64,000 bases of DNA from Vitrella brassicaformis CCMP3155 (lineage: Eukaryota > Protista > Chromerida). The stretch spans positions 1-64,000 of the forward strand of contig CDMY01000399.1 of assembly GCA_001179505.1 (NCBI GenBank), in the 5' to 3' direction. Position numbers and translations under genes: made by a program. The notes under the pieces are model-generated. The model made no database searches and had not been told where the DNA came from. It saw only the letters and a list, made by a program, of their open reading frames with translations. Of this stretch, positions 12,192 to 24,310 are shown in pieces (within the stretch, counting starts at the first letter, position 1; the number at the start of each line of letters is the position of its first letter).

Positions 12192-13839
12192 TCAGTCGCC
12201 GCACTCTGCCTCGGCTACGCCGCCGTCACCTGCCGAAGGCACCACACACACACACACACACACGAATGTGATGCAGGTCGACGTGCGTGTGGCTGCGTAC
12301 CTCCGCTGTCCTCTCCGCTGCCCTCATCCAGATCATCCCAACCACCGCCACCATCGTCTGCACCACACACACAGAGTGAAGGCACATCGTCCATCCACCC
12401 ACCAATGTGCGTCTGTCCGTACCATCGTCATCGTCGCTGTCGTCATCTTGTTGCTGCTGCTGCTGTTCTACTTGGCTGTCGAAAACGTATGACGCCACTC
12501 GCCCCAGCGCCACACGGGCCAGCCGAGTGGTCACAGCGAAGCGACACTTGAAGGGCGCACCCTCACGCATACCAGCCGCAGGTGCCTCGGAGGTTCGAAC
12601 ACAACCCCACACTGCAGACAGACGACAACAACACATGACATTTGACCAGTAGAGCTGCCTGTCCGTCGGCCTGACCGGTGCCGTCCCCACAATCCAAAAT
12701 GACAATCCACGCGACGAAGTCGTGGCTGCCGTTGATCAGCACCAGCCATCGCACACCACCGCCCCAGCTGAGTGTCGTCGAGCATCCGGCCACCGGTGTG
12801 TGGGGCGACTGAGTGAGGAGGCCATCCAGACGGCCGCCACCAACACGCCTGAACCAAACACACACACACAGACACCTAATCAAACACGCATCCCTCTTGC
12901 CACTGCTGCCATTGGTGTGTCACCTGTTGTGTGATATCTGTGTGTGATTGATCTGGTGAGTCCCATAGAAGTGGTCGAGGATCTTGCGCTTGGCGAAGGA
13001 CGACACCGACGCATCGGTGGTCGGACCGCGAGACACCCATTCGCCGATGGCGTCCCTGTAGCGGATGCGGCTACGCACTGGTGGGTCATGCTGCTGTCGG
13101 TGCTGCTGATACAGATGGTGGGCAGCGAGGGGCGGGTCGAGATTCAGCCGGAAGTCGGGCTGGTCCTTGATGGCCCGCACCTCACTATTGTGGCCATGGT
13201 GGAAGATCCGCAGGCAGCTGTCGTCACCGAAGTCGATGTGGCGGCCGACCACCATGAGCTGCGCCAACACACGGGGGAACGATTCATACGCCTAGACCAC
13301 ACCATACAGACAGACAGAGAGAGAAGGGATGAGGCCTCTCTGTTATCTCCCGCCCCTCTCTGTGTGTGCCTTCTTATCGTCTTGTTTGCGTGTGTGTTGA
13401 TGTCATCTGCTGTGAGGATGACGGGCAGCGTGCAGCAGCCGCACTGCCCCGCCAGCTCAATCACCTCGCCGATCTCCACCCATTCTCCCTCCTCCATCAC
13501 ACACACAGCCACCAGCAGGTCACGCACGCCGAACTGGTCATCGTCGAACCGCACCAGCAGCCCCGCCTGTGACCCGAGCGAGTGGCGGAGCCGATCTCTC
13601 AGCTGAGCCGCTCTGAAGAGACCTCTGAGCCACGTGCAGGTTGCTCTCAGCCGCAGTATGTCTGTGAGGCTGAGCAGATAGAAGGTCCGACGACCAACGA
13701 AGATGTACGTGAAGGGATGCTGCTGCTGCTGCTGCTGCTGTTGCTCCATCATCGCGGCAGCCACATGAGATGAAGCAGCCTCACGGACCTTCTCATCGTA
13801 CGGTGATAAAGCACCCTTTCCTTTCAGGGGTCGCCTCAT
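12192..13839 (-). CDS. Lineage-specific multicopy family protein with F-box-like N-terminus (copy 1)
   Basis: FYLLSLTDILRLRATCTWLR resembles the second half of an F-box. Sequence similarity and shared intron positions with 34949-36560. Acidic C-tail. Confidence 0.7.
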
Positions 13840-14022
13840 CCATGCCGTATGGTGCGCATGTGTTTCTGCGATTGCTTGTGTCTTTGCGTGAGCAAATCCA
13901 TACCGACTCTAGATCAGACGTGCTGCTGCTGGGTCGCCCATGCTTCCGTGTAAACGATCGCCCTTATCGGCAGATCTCGAACGCAGGGGGCGTTGCCCAC
14001 CCGTGCACTCGCTCTCTGAGTG

Positions 14023-14457
14023 ATGAACGTCAGGTGGGCTGACCGCACACACACAGCACACGCATTGCCGGGCGCTGGCTGATCTGGATCGTTTCTTTCC
14101 ATCTCTGTGCTGTGTGTGTGTTCTCTCTGCAGCCCCGAGTACTCAGAGACCACCATGTGGCTGCAGGCCTGCCAGCAGGCCCTGATCAATAGAGATGGCA
14201 AGGCGCTGTCGCAGTGCTTTGACGTCGCCAAGTGCCGATTTGCGCCTGATGACGTAAGACCGTGTGTCAATGAGTGACTGCTCACATGGGTCTGGCCATG
14301 GGAAGATACATGCGTGTGTGTGTAGGCTCTGCTGCCGCACCTGTCAGTGCCCGAGGGCGGCGAGTCGTTCGCCCAGTGCGTGCGGCTGCTCTTTGTGGCC
14401 ATGAGGGACATGCAGCAAAGGTACGCACACACAGATGCATGGACATTCGTGTGCATC

Positions 14458-14493
<36 letters not shown>

Positions 14494-16457
14494 ATGCAGC
14501 CGGCTGGAGCAAGCTGTGGACAACATGCTGCAGTCCGTCATGTGCGTACGTCTCGAGATGTGTCGGTGTGCTGATGGACAGGCCGACAGACAGACACGAA
14601 TGTCTGCTTGTCTGCAGGAAGTGCTTTGAGTTCTACGAGACGACGCCATACGACAGGGTGGGTGCGGTGCCAGATAGGCACACAGTCACACACACAAGAT
14701 GTCTTGTGCCGTCCTCTCATGTCGTGTGTGTGTGTGTGTGTGTGCAGATGGTGCTGCCCGTGTTGGTTCGTCTCACTGTGAGCGCACTGCGGGTGGCCAA
14801 ACAGGTAGGTCGACAGAGAGGCAGGCAGGCAGGCAGGCAGACACCAAGACAATCTACTTATCTCATGTGTGTGTGTATGTGTGTGTGGTCAGGCCGACCT
14901 GCAGTACACGAGTGCGCTGTACGAGTACGTGTCGGTCTACATCAACAGACTGAGGGAGAAGCTAGGTAGGTCTGACCAACACACACACACACGCATCTCA
15001 CACATGTGTCTGCAACCATCCATCCATCCATGTCTGTGTGTGTGTGTGTGTGTGTGTGTGCAGGTCGGCTGCCGTTCCCCAGCAAGAGAGCCGGCCACCA
15101 GCTGCTGTTGGCGCAGATCATGAAGAGCACACTCATGGTACGTCTGCTTGTATCTGACGTCGATGCTCAAAGCCGTCTGTCTCTTTGTGCGGTCAGACGA
15201 GCACCAGTGCCTCCCAGATCGTCCGTGCGGAGGATCAGGCTGGCCGGTAACCCACCAACCACTAGAACACATACATGGCGTCCATCTGTATGTGTCTGTG
15301 CGTGGGCCTGCAGGCTGAGTTCCCGTGAGGGAGTGCCCAAGGGGATCGCCGTGCAGTGCGCTTACTTCCTGGCCAAATCCTTTGCCTGGCAGGGCATGCA
15401 CACAGACGTATGCACACACACACAGGGATGTACCTGCAGCCACAGAATGGGCCGTCCCTGTCTGTGCGGTGTGTGCAGGCGCTCAATCATCTGCTGTATG
15501 CATGGCGCACCTGCCACAAGGACCACAGGAAGAACCTTCAGTGAGCGCACACGGAGGAATGCGACGCCAAAGAGCCACAATCCAGTTCATTCATAAGTGT
15601 TGTGTGCGTGTATGCCATACACATAGGTCAATATTGATGCTGCTGGTCCCCCTGCAAGCCCGCCAAGGCCTCCTGCCAGCCAGAGGACTGCTCGACAGAT
15701 ACGGGTGCGTGTGGGTGGCTGTGTGTGGGCATGAACAGACATCACACACTTGTGCGTCTGTGTGTGTCCACATGCAGGCTGCCATTGCTTGAACAACTCG
15801 TCTGTGCCGTCCGCAAGGGGAACATTCGCTCATTCGACGCTCTGGTAGGTGGTGGGCGGGTGACATCGGCCGCCGATGTGTCAGATGTGTGTATTCCGTA
15901 TCATGATGTGGTCTGGTGCAGTGTGACGAGCTGGATGCGTCCTGTCTGGGTAGCGGCACATACCTGCTGATCAACAACCTGCGGCGACTGATGCACAAGA
16001 CACTCTGCCAACGAGTGTACGCCATCGATCCACCCATCCCAGCCACCACTGCCAACCACTGTCCGCGCGTCTCTCTGCGTGTTGATGGATTATGCTGCCA
16101 GGTATATGTATCACTTGGGAGAGGTGGCCAAGGCGCCACCCAACACGCTCTCAGCCAAGGTAGGTACCTACACAAACACACCAGATGTTTTCACACCATG
16201 GATGGATGGATGGATGTGTGTCTGCCTCGGCAGATTCTGCCCATCGGCCTCTTCACTGCCGCCTTCAAGTAGGCACAGCGGATGCATCCATGTGTCCGTT
16301 CGCATGGCGGACGCATTTCTGCGTGTGTGTGTGCAGGTGGCAGGTGGAGGCGCAGGGAGAGGAGTGGGGCGATGCCGAGGTGCGTACAAAGCACATCACT
16401 TGCCCATACGGCATATGTCCATCTAGTCTATCCCACGCACCCGTGTCCGTCCGTCCG

Positions 16458-16492
<35 letters not shown>

Positions 16493-16594
16493 ACGTGTTC
16501 CACTCTACAGTCTCTGATGTCCGACTCGCTCATGCGGGGCTACATTTCTTACGAGAGGGACAAAGTCGTCATACCATCGCAGCCATTCCCTTGA
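14023..16594 (+). CDS. PCID2: PCI domain-containing protein 2 (Thp1/CSN12-like; TREX-2 subunit), highly fragmented into short exons
   Basis: Exons SILMLLVPLQARQGLLP, AVRKGNIRSFD, GTYLLINNLRRLMHKTL and terminal LMRGYISYERDKVVIPSQPFP*, matching the PCID2 C-terminus (KGYISH..KLVVSKQNPFP). Confidence 0.85.
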
Positions 16595-16833
16595 CAGGCA
16601 CAGGCTGGCAGGCAGACAGGCAGGGAGGGAGGGAGGAAGGTGACGACTGTGGTTTGTGGATAAGTGGCTGTGCCGTTCCATTCATCCAGCGACACACGCG
16701 TAGATTCACTTGTTGACTCATATCCGCTGGCAAACACAAAAGCAAATCATTGCAAATTACATGCACATGACATGGAGGGTGTGGGAGTGAGACCCTTCAT
16801 CAGATCCACCGCGACGCCGGAGAGGGACAGAAT

Positions 16834-16847
16834 CTGCGAGCTTAGCT
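16834..16847 (+). promoter_or_regulatory. Candidate upstream element CTGCGAGCTTAGCT
   Basis: An identical 14-mer occurs on the - strand at 54824-54837. Each copy ends 82 nt before the downstream ATG. Confidence 0.45.
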
Positions 16848-16929
16848 GCGAGATTAGGAAGAGCCTCTTATAACATTGCCCCTCTCCACCGCCTCCTTCC
16901 TGCACTTGGTGTAGCCATCGTTGTGAGGG

Positions 16930-18207
16930 ATGCGTCCCGAGGCGCGCCGGAAGCGTGGAGTGGACGTGGTGCGGCCGATTGTCATCGGCACGTACGCCGT
17001 CATGATGACCAAGAAGGTGACAGAGATCAGACAGATGAGAGGGACGGCGTATCGCGTAGCACATTCGTGTGTTGATCTGTTCGTTTGTTCAGGAGACCGA
17101 CAAGCGCCAGGACAATGCCACTCATCAGTGGACGTGTTTGCTTCGCTCGCCGACCAACGAGGACCTGTCATACTTCATCAAGAAGGTCGTCTTCCTCCTG
17201 CACTCGTCATTCGACAGACCTGAGAGAGGTATGTGCATGTGCAGCCACGCACAGATGCAGACATCTGCCCTCAAACGTGTGGTGTGTTCCTGTGTGTGGT
17301 TTGATTGTGCGTGCTCCTAGTGGTTGAGCGGCCGCCCTACCAGGTGGCCGAGTACGGGTGGGGCGAGTTTGAGATAGCCGTGCGGATTCACTTTGTGGAC
17401 CCGACCGAGAAGCCCCTCGAGATCACCCACTTTCTGCGGGTCGGTAGGACGACAAGCCGGGCACACCGGCCCGCCTGCCTGCACGTGTGTGTGTGTTTGC
17501 GTGTGTGTTGGCTGCTATCTGGCAGTTGTTCAAGGACGGCAGCACTGACGTGCAGCCACCCAGAGACCCAATGGAGGCAGAGACCGTCGCACACGAGGCA
17601 AGCAAGCCAACAACCATTCATTCATCCAGGTGGTTGCACCGTGTGTGTGTGTGTGCGTACGTCAGACGTATGACGAGGTCATATTTCATGAGCCCTCTGA
17701 TTGGTTCTACGACAAGCTGATGGCCGGCCCAACCGGACCGCCGACACAGCACGCCCTCCAGGGCAACTGTAAGACACACACGCATAGTCAGACAGACGCC
17801 AGAGAGCAATGGATGGATCAATGGATGTGTGTGTGTGTGCGTGTGCGTGTCAGTCGAGCACTTTGACGAGGAGGCTGAGCTGCGTAAGATCGGTGCGGCC
17901 GACGCCCTCATACAGGGCAAGATCATGGAGCTCAGGCAGCAACTCGTTGAGATGGAAAAGAAGGTACGTGCGTATGGACGCATCGGATCGGATCGATACG
18001 AGTCATTCATTCATTGATTGTCCTTTCTCATGCCCGCAGTGTAAAGAGGCGCACGACAAGCGCACAGAGTTGATGCAGAAGCAGCAGGCGGCGGCAGCCA
18101 TAGCCAGCGGCGGGGCACTCGGGGGCCACTCACAGCAGCAGGGGATGCCCATGGCTCCGCCCGCACTGCCAGGTCAAGACGTGTACATGCAGCCTTACAC
18201 ACAGTAG
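16930..18207 (+). CDS. YEATS4: YEATS-domain protein (YEATS4/GAS41/Yaf9)
   Basis: PIVIGTYA..THQWTCLLR..FIKKVVFLLHSSF..ERPPYQVAEYGWGEFEIAVRIHFVD, then YDEVIFHEP and a C-terminal coiled coil. Confidence 0.93.
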
Positions 18208-18673
18208 ACAGTGACAGTGACCATGGGATGGATGGATGGATTCATGGACCCTTACGAACATGCATGAATACACGTATTCACTCATCGGTTCATTGACGTG
18301 TTTGCACCTCATTGTCCTTCATCTGTCTGTCGGCCGATCGATCACTCGCGTGAGCGCATCACTCGTCAGTCAGTCAGTCACTTAGTCAGTGTGGGAAGGG
18401 CAGATAGCCATAGCCGTAGAAACCTGCCGGCGCGTACTCGTACTCCTCGTGAGTAAGCGCCTTTCCGGATGCTGCACACACGCACACATCGTGTCACAGC
18501 GGAAGACTGAGTGTCTATCTGTGTCTCTGCCGGTCACATACGTGTAATGGGTGGGTGGTATTCGATGTAGCGGCCGGGTGTGCCGGGCGGGCCGGGCAGC
18601 AGTGGAACAAGCCGGGGCGGCGGGACTGATGATATGCAAACACACAGGGCGCGTGTTGTGTTGTGCGACCCAC

Positions 18674-20250
18674 TCACTCATTGTTCCATTTGTTACTTGT
18701 CTCTGGCTCGACGTATTTCCTCAGCGGAGCGATCTGTCCGCGTCGTGAGGGAGGCCACACCTCGCCCGTCTGCTGGTGGATGGCGCCCGACTTTTTGAAC
18801 AGAGCGCCGGTACGATTCACCAACACGCGAAGACCTGCACACATGGACAGCGAGGGGGAGACATGATCAATTTGCCTGAGTGTGTGTGTCGTGCCTGGTT
18901 TGGGTGTTGGCCTTGTGGATTTCCTCTCTGCGATGGCGGCAGGTCGCGGCGGCAGGCGACGCACAGCCACGCCGGCGACAGGCGGCGGGGTTGGGGATGG
19001 AGCAGCCACGAGACACGGCCACGGAGACGCACACTCACTCGCAAAGCGCCTGAATCATATGCACACACACGGGCACGTGAATGTGTGTGTGTCTCCTTTT
19101 CTGTGTCTTGCCTTCTGTCCTCTTCGGTGGCATCCGTGAAGTCTCTCTCAGCGGTGCACACGCCCTTCTTCGTGCTGCTGCTGCCCTGCACGTGTGGCGG
19201 GGGGCGACACACGCGGCCGCTCTTGGCGAACACGCTGGCCGCCTCACTCCACTGGTCGGGGCTGATGAACAGAGATACGAATGTATGAAGTGCCTTTCTC
19301 CCTCTTGTCTCGTGTCTGTCTCACCATGGTGCCTTCCAGTCGATTGGGCACTCGTCGATTTGGCACGGAAAGAACAGTGGGTTGCACTGCCGCTCGATGT
19401 CCGCTTGTCGCCCTCATCGAGCAGGAGGAAGGACCTTCGCTTGATGCCGCATGTGTTGCCGCCGGTCGCGATGTCGGCCGGCTCTTCACAGCTGCCGTCC
19501 TCCGGTGTGTACACCCAGCCAGCAGGACACTCCTACTCTCTCTCTCTGTCACTCACACAGACACAGAGGAATGATCGCTGCCTGGCTGCATGCCAGCCTT
19601 TTGTTGACTCACGGCTGTGTAGTTGCGGATGCACTGAAACGGACCGCAAGGCCACACGACTGAACCTGATAGATGCATACGCACACACAGGTGCTCTGGC
19701 TGTCTGTGTCTGGCGGACTAGCTAACTTACATTTTTCTGCAAAGTCGAATTTCATCTTGGGTGTCCAGTATTGAAAGTTGACCACATTCTTGCAGCGACC
19801 ACCGCGATGCTCACTGCATCGCATCCACACAGACACATGGCCATTCATATGTTCATGGATGTCTTGGACGGAACCTGAAGTCAGGTGGTGCGTGGCACTC
19901 GTGGCTGCCGGTGTGTGTCCATCGCTCGGGGCAGAGTGTGTCCATCTCCAACTCACAGTGACGCGCACACGGCCTGCAGGCAAGGAGTGGCATCCTGTGT
20001 CTGTCCTACGTGCTGACCCACCAGTCGGCTTGACATTCTCGCGCCCATTTCTGCTTGGCGAGTATGCTCAAGTTGCGGAAGTCCATCGGGCTCTTGCACG
20101 GGCCTTGGTAAGTGAACATGGGAATGCCTGACAGACAGACAGACAGACAGACAGACAATGGAATGTGCGCTGTTTGTGTGCCGCCAGACATACATGTCTC
20201 TTCGTCGCTCTGAGGTGCGAAGGGCTCCGGACACGGCGCCTTGTCTGCAT

Positions 20251-20281
<31 letters not shown>

Positions 20282-20994
20282 CCACAGACCCAAAGAGAGA
20301 GAAAGGGCAAGCAGCAGTGTCGACTGGGAGGCTTGTCAGTGCATCCCCCTCACAGTTGCGCCCATGTTTGCACGTGCGGTCATCATGCAAACACGGGAAC
20401 TTGCACCCGCACGTCGCCGCCCACTCAGCCTTCGTCACGTCCAACCTAATTGATCGATGGATGGATGAAGGACACAGCACATACAAAGAACACACAAAGG
20501 AGATGGACGGCAGAGAAGCTTGTCTGTGTCTGACTGTGTGTGACTGACCATCCTTCGAAGGACACGCGAGGTTCGCAGAGGCCGTGCTTCTGATACTCCT
20601 CGTCTGCCTGGCAGAAGTAGTCGCCGTTCTCGTCCTCGACCATCGTCCAATTCATCGGACACGGCGCGTGAGTGTCCCGACCGCCCGGGCACTCGGCATC
20701 GACCTGAGCCTTCCTGTTGATCTCTTCAATGTCCTCGTTCGCACCCTCAACGACATTCGACTCCAGTCGACGAATTGTCAACGGGGTGAGAGCCGCCGCC
20801 GACAGACGCGTCTTTGCGGCCGCATCTGTCGGCTCTCCGGACGACAAGAGGCCGAGAACTTGAGTGTCCTCGGCTGCCTCGCCGGCCGTGTCTTGAGAAG
20901 ACGATGAAGACACAGACAGCAGTCTGAGAGAGGATGAGTGAGCGAAGCCGAGGAGGGATGCGCAGACACAGACAAGAGAGAGGAACGACCGCAT
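18674..20994 (-). CDS. CPW-WPC domain secreted/surface protein (apicomplexan-chromerid family), with an apparent 1-nt frameshift near 19401
   Basis: Signal peptide MRSFLSLVCVCASLLGFA. Repeated CPxxW...C...C...K..W...C...F/WPC units (CPMNW, CPAGW, CPDQW, ECASPWPC). The 3' end is approximate. Confidence 0.85.
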
Positions 20995-21089
20995 CGTGGA
21001 TCTGCTTGCGTCGATTTGGGACACGCCGCGATTACTTTTGGCAATTTCGTTTACTTTTCATTCGTAAACACTCACGGGTCGATGAAAAA

Positions 21090-21711
21090 ATGTCCCTTTG
21101 TGCCCGTCAGGAGGCCATCATTAGCTGGCTGCGAACCAATATTGACCGCCTTGGCGACGAGCAAACGCGAGATCACATCTCACGGGCGGCGAAACTCACC
21201 GATGGCGACGGAGGAGAGATAGACTGGGAGGAGCTCACGTCACTGCTCAAATACGCCCTGCGGACACGAGCAGGTGCATAGAAGAGGCGAGTGACGCATC
21301 CGCTGGCCATCATCGTGTGTGCCTTTATGCAGAGGAAGAGGGGTTGTCGCGTAGTTTGGTCAGCTACTTTCTGGACACTTTGGAGGAGCTGCACGCCAAG
21401 CGGGAGAGTGCGCTGGAGCTGGAGGCCAGCACCAAGCTCTATGAAACGCGGCTGCAAGCCAAACGACTCACGGAAAAGGTCAGCAGAAGACACGGCCTTT
21501 CTCATTGCGAATGCATCTGTGTCTGCGCGTGCATGTGTAGATCCGTACCAGCTGCACCAAGGCGCTGAGTTTGTTGGACAAGCAGGCCAATGCCCCTCCT
21601 CCGCCTTTGCCGCCCGCGAGGCCCAGCCCGTCGCTCTTCCCATCCCCATCACCGGCACACCCGTTGCCGCGCGCGAAGCGCTCTGGGACGCCACGCACAC
21701 CACGGTCGTGA
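21090..21711 (+). CDS. Hypothetical protein with degenerate EF-hand-like loop, coiled coil and Pro-rich tail (3 exons)
   Basis: In-frame GT-AG splicing is plausible: DGDGGEIDWEEL, LELEASTKLYETRL, PPPPLPPARPSP. The start is uncertain. Confidence 0.5.
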
Positions 21712-22553
21712 TGGATAGGTGGATGGATGGACGGATGGATGGGATTGGGTGTTTGTTCTGCTGCGTGGATGCGGACCGCGTTGGTAACGGATAGCAGCAA
21801 GGGTCCGAATGAATGACATGCACGTATGTGATCAGTGATCATTCAGTCACGCTCACACTCTCTACAAGCCCATCCATCCTCACATATTCAAGGACGCAAA
21901 AACATAGAGAAACCATACCACACCACATGATATGCAATGGCATCGCGACATGCACGTACGTAGCAAGCTACCTACCCAGCTACCTACCAGCCTCAATTAT
22001 CATCGCTTCTCTTCTCGCCTTATCTCTTATCTCAACCTTCCCTCAAATTGTCCTCTTCGATCTTTGGTGTGTGCCACCGGCCAGCAAACGCAAACCTATC
22101 AACAGAGTGCATCAATCAGTGTACGAAGCCACACAAACCCCGTACGCGTGTGTGTGTGTGTGCGTGCATGCAGAACAGACAGACAGTCAGACAGACGTTC
22201 CGTATCTCTCGCTCGCTCTCACACACTGCGATATGAACATATACGGATGTGCGCTGACGCGCACTCGTCAATCGATTCAATCATCCATCAATTCACACAT
22301 GGTTCTCTTCTGCCTTGAGCAAAGAAAACCACACTCACGAGACGGCACCGCACGCACGGCAAGTGCCCGCCTCTGGTTGGGTCGCTCTCGCTCTCAGATC
22401 ATACCATCGGTAAGAAGGGGAAGCAGCAAGGGGAGAGGGAAGACAGCAAGACAGGTAGGCCAGTGGACACAACAGACAGACAGACAGACAGACAAGACAG
22501 ACAGATCAACTGCGACGCATTTAAGATGAATGTGTGAACCCCCCTCTCTCTAG

Positions 22554-22593
22554 CAGTGACGTGTGCATGTCCACAGTGACGTGTGCATGTCCA
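22554..22593. repeat. Perfect 2 x 20 bp tandem duplication (CAGTGACGTGTGCATGTCCA)
   Basis: Read directly from the sequence. Confidence 0.9.
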
Positions 22594-24310
22594 CACCATC
22601 GCATGGCTGATCTACTCTTCAATCACCTCGCGTAAGTGTCCCCCTGCACGTTGACAGCATGCTGGGAGACACTTGCGTGACGGCGTCGAAGGGCACATCA
22701 TCCACAGAGATGCAGTACATAACGACACCATACGGGACACATCGATCGCGACGAAAGCAGGTGACGGTCGAGAGCCGATCGGCATCGTCTCCTCTGCCCT
22801 GCGTGCCGGTGCTGGCGGCCCACTCAGGCTGGCAATGCCAAGCGAGCCGACAACACCAACGCAGAAGTGAGAGAGGCACAATGGTCTGATCGGGACTCAC
22901 ACCGGCGGTCAACCTCCCCACTGTAGCTCGGCTGTCATGACGCCTCTCTCCCCCTCTCCTTCATCCCCTCCCTCCCTCTAGTCTGCCTTGGTAACGCGTA
23001 GGTGAAAAATCCCATGCAATTGTGCTGCATTGGTTGTACGTGGGTGTATGTGTGCGTGAGGTGGGGGCGTGTGTGCGCCGGGATGACAAATAGCTGTATG
23101 AACCGTGGATGTGAATCGTTGGTTGAGTCAGTCGGTCATCAGTGAGTGAGTGTAGTCAGTCAAGTACACTTGCACCAGACAGACAGACAGTCAGACAGAC
23201 AGACCTACCCACGTCCTAAGAGTAAGAAGAGTACGGCCCATCACCCTCTCTCTCTCTCCCTCTCTCTCTCTGTCAGGCACACAGACAGACGCACACACAG
23301 TCAGCCAGACAGACAGGCAGGCAGGCAGGCAGGCACAGAGAGAGGGGAAGGTAGGATTCACTGCGCAAGATGGTAGGAGAGGAGTGTAGTAGAGGGTGGA
23401 TGGATGGATCGAGGGGGAGAGAGGAAGGACCCCAGGCAGCCAGCAACACCACATAATCTACATCTCACCAACAGCACCACCAGACGCACACCCAGATCGA
23501 CATCACGTACACACACGTATGCAGGAGCGTTAGGTATGGACTGGACCACCACAAAACCTCCACCTATCCTATCTATCCATCCGTATATCGCACTTCGATC
23601 AAGCAGGCAGGCAGGTACTGTAGCGCTGACTGACTGAGGAAAGGCATCTGGTCAATGGCGACCACTGCCCACAATTCCCTCCTCATCCCTTACCCTAACC
23701 AGCATGACAACACATCACATCACATCACATCACATCACATGAGCATTAGGCAAGTAAGTTTTCCCTCCCTCGCTCTCTCCCATGTCTCTCGTCTGTCCGT
23801 TCTCTTTCAGAGAAGCTCCCTCTCTCTCTCTCTGCCCCTCTCTCTCTGCCCCTCTCTGTTCTGTAAACATCGATTCATGTCATGTATTGTATGGGCCACA
23901 ACAGCCGAGAAAAAGAAGGCACGCACACCACACACATGAACGGCACGACACACGAAGAGGCGATGCGAAGAAGAAACACAGCAGCTCCCCACAACTGAGG
24001 GCAAAAAAGGGTGGCCAACGACGATCGCATAAATCAGCCATACCATACATCCATAGATAGAGATAGAGATTGAGATAGTTACCGCACCACGCTCACCATC
24101 CCTACCCTCCCGCCCAGCCCCATGCCACCGCCCGATCCCGTCCGTATTCACAATCCAGCAAGGGAGAAAAATCACATCTGAACACACATACATTGTGCTC
24201 TCGCATCATCCACCATGCACCCATCCACCCACGCATTCACCGAGCATCTCTCGCCCCTCCCTCCCTCCCTCCATCCAGCCATCCAGCCATCCATGTGTGT
24301 GTAGCTAATG

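Noticed and set aside
14400-16500. Many Cys/Val- or His/Thr-rich ORFs (CVCVCV, HTHTHT) here and across the window
   Set aside because: Translations of (GT)n/(AC)n intronic microsatellites.
22612-22921. GC-rich patch with short minus-strand ORFs, a possible extra exon of the CHAT-STAND gene
   Set aside because: No phase-compatible link past the stop at 24311 and no domain signature.
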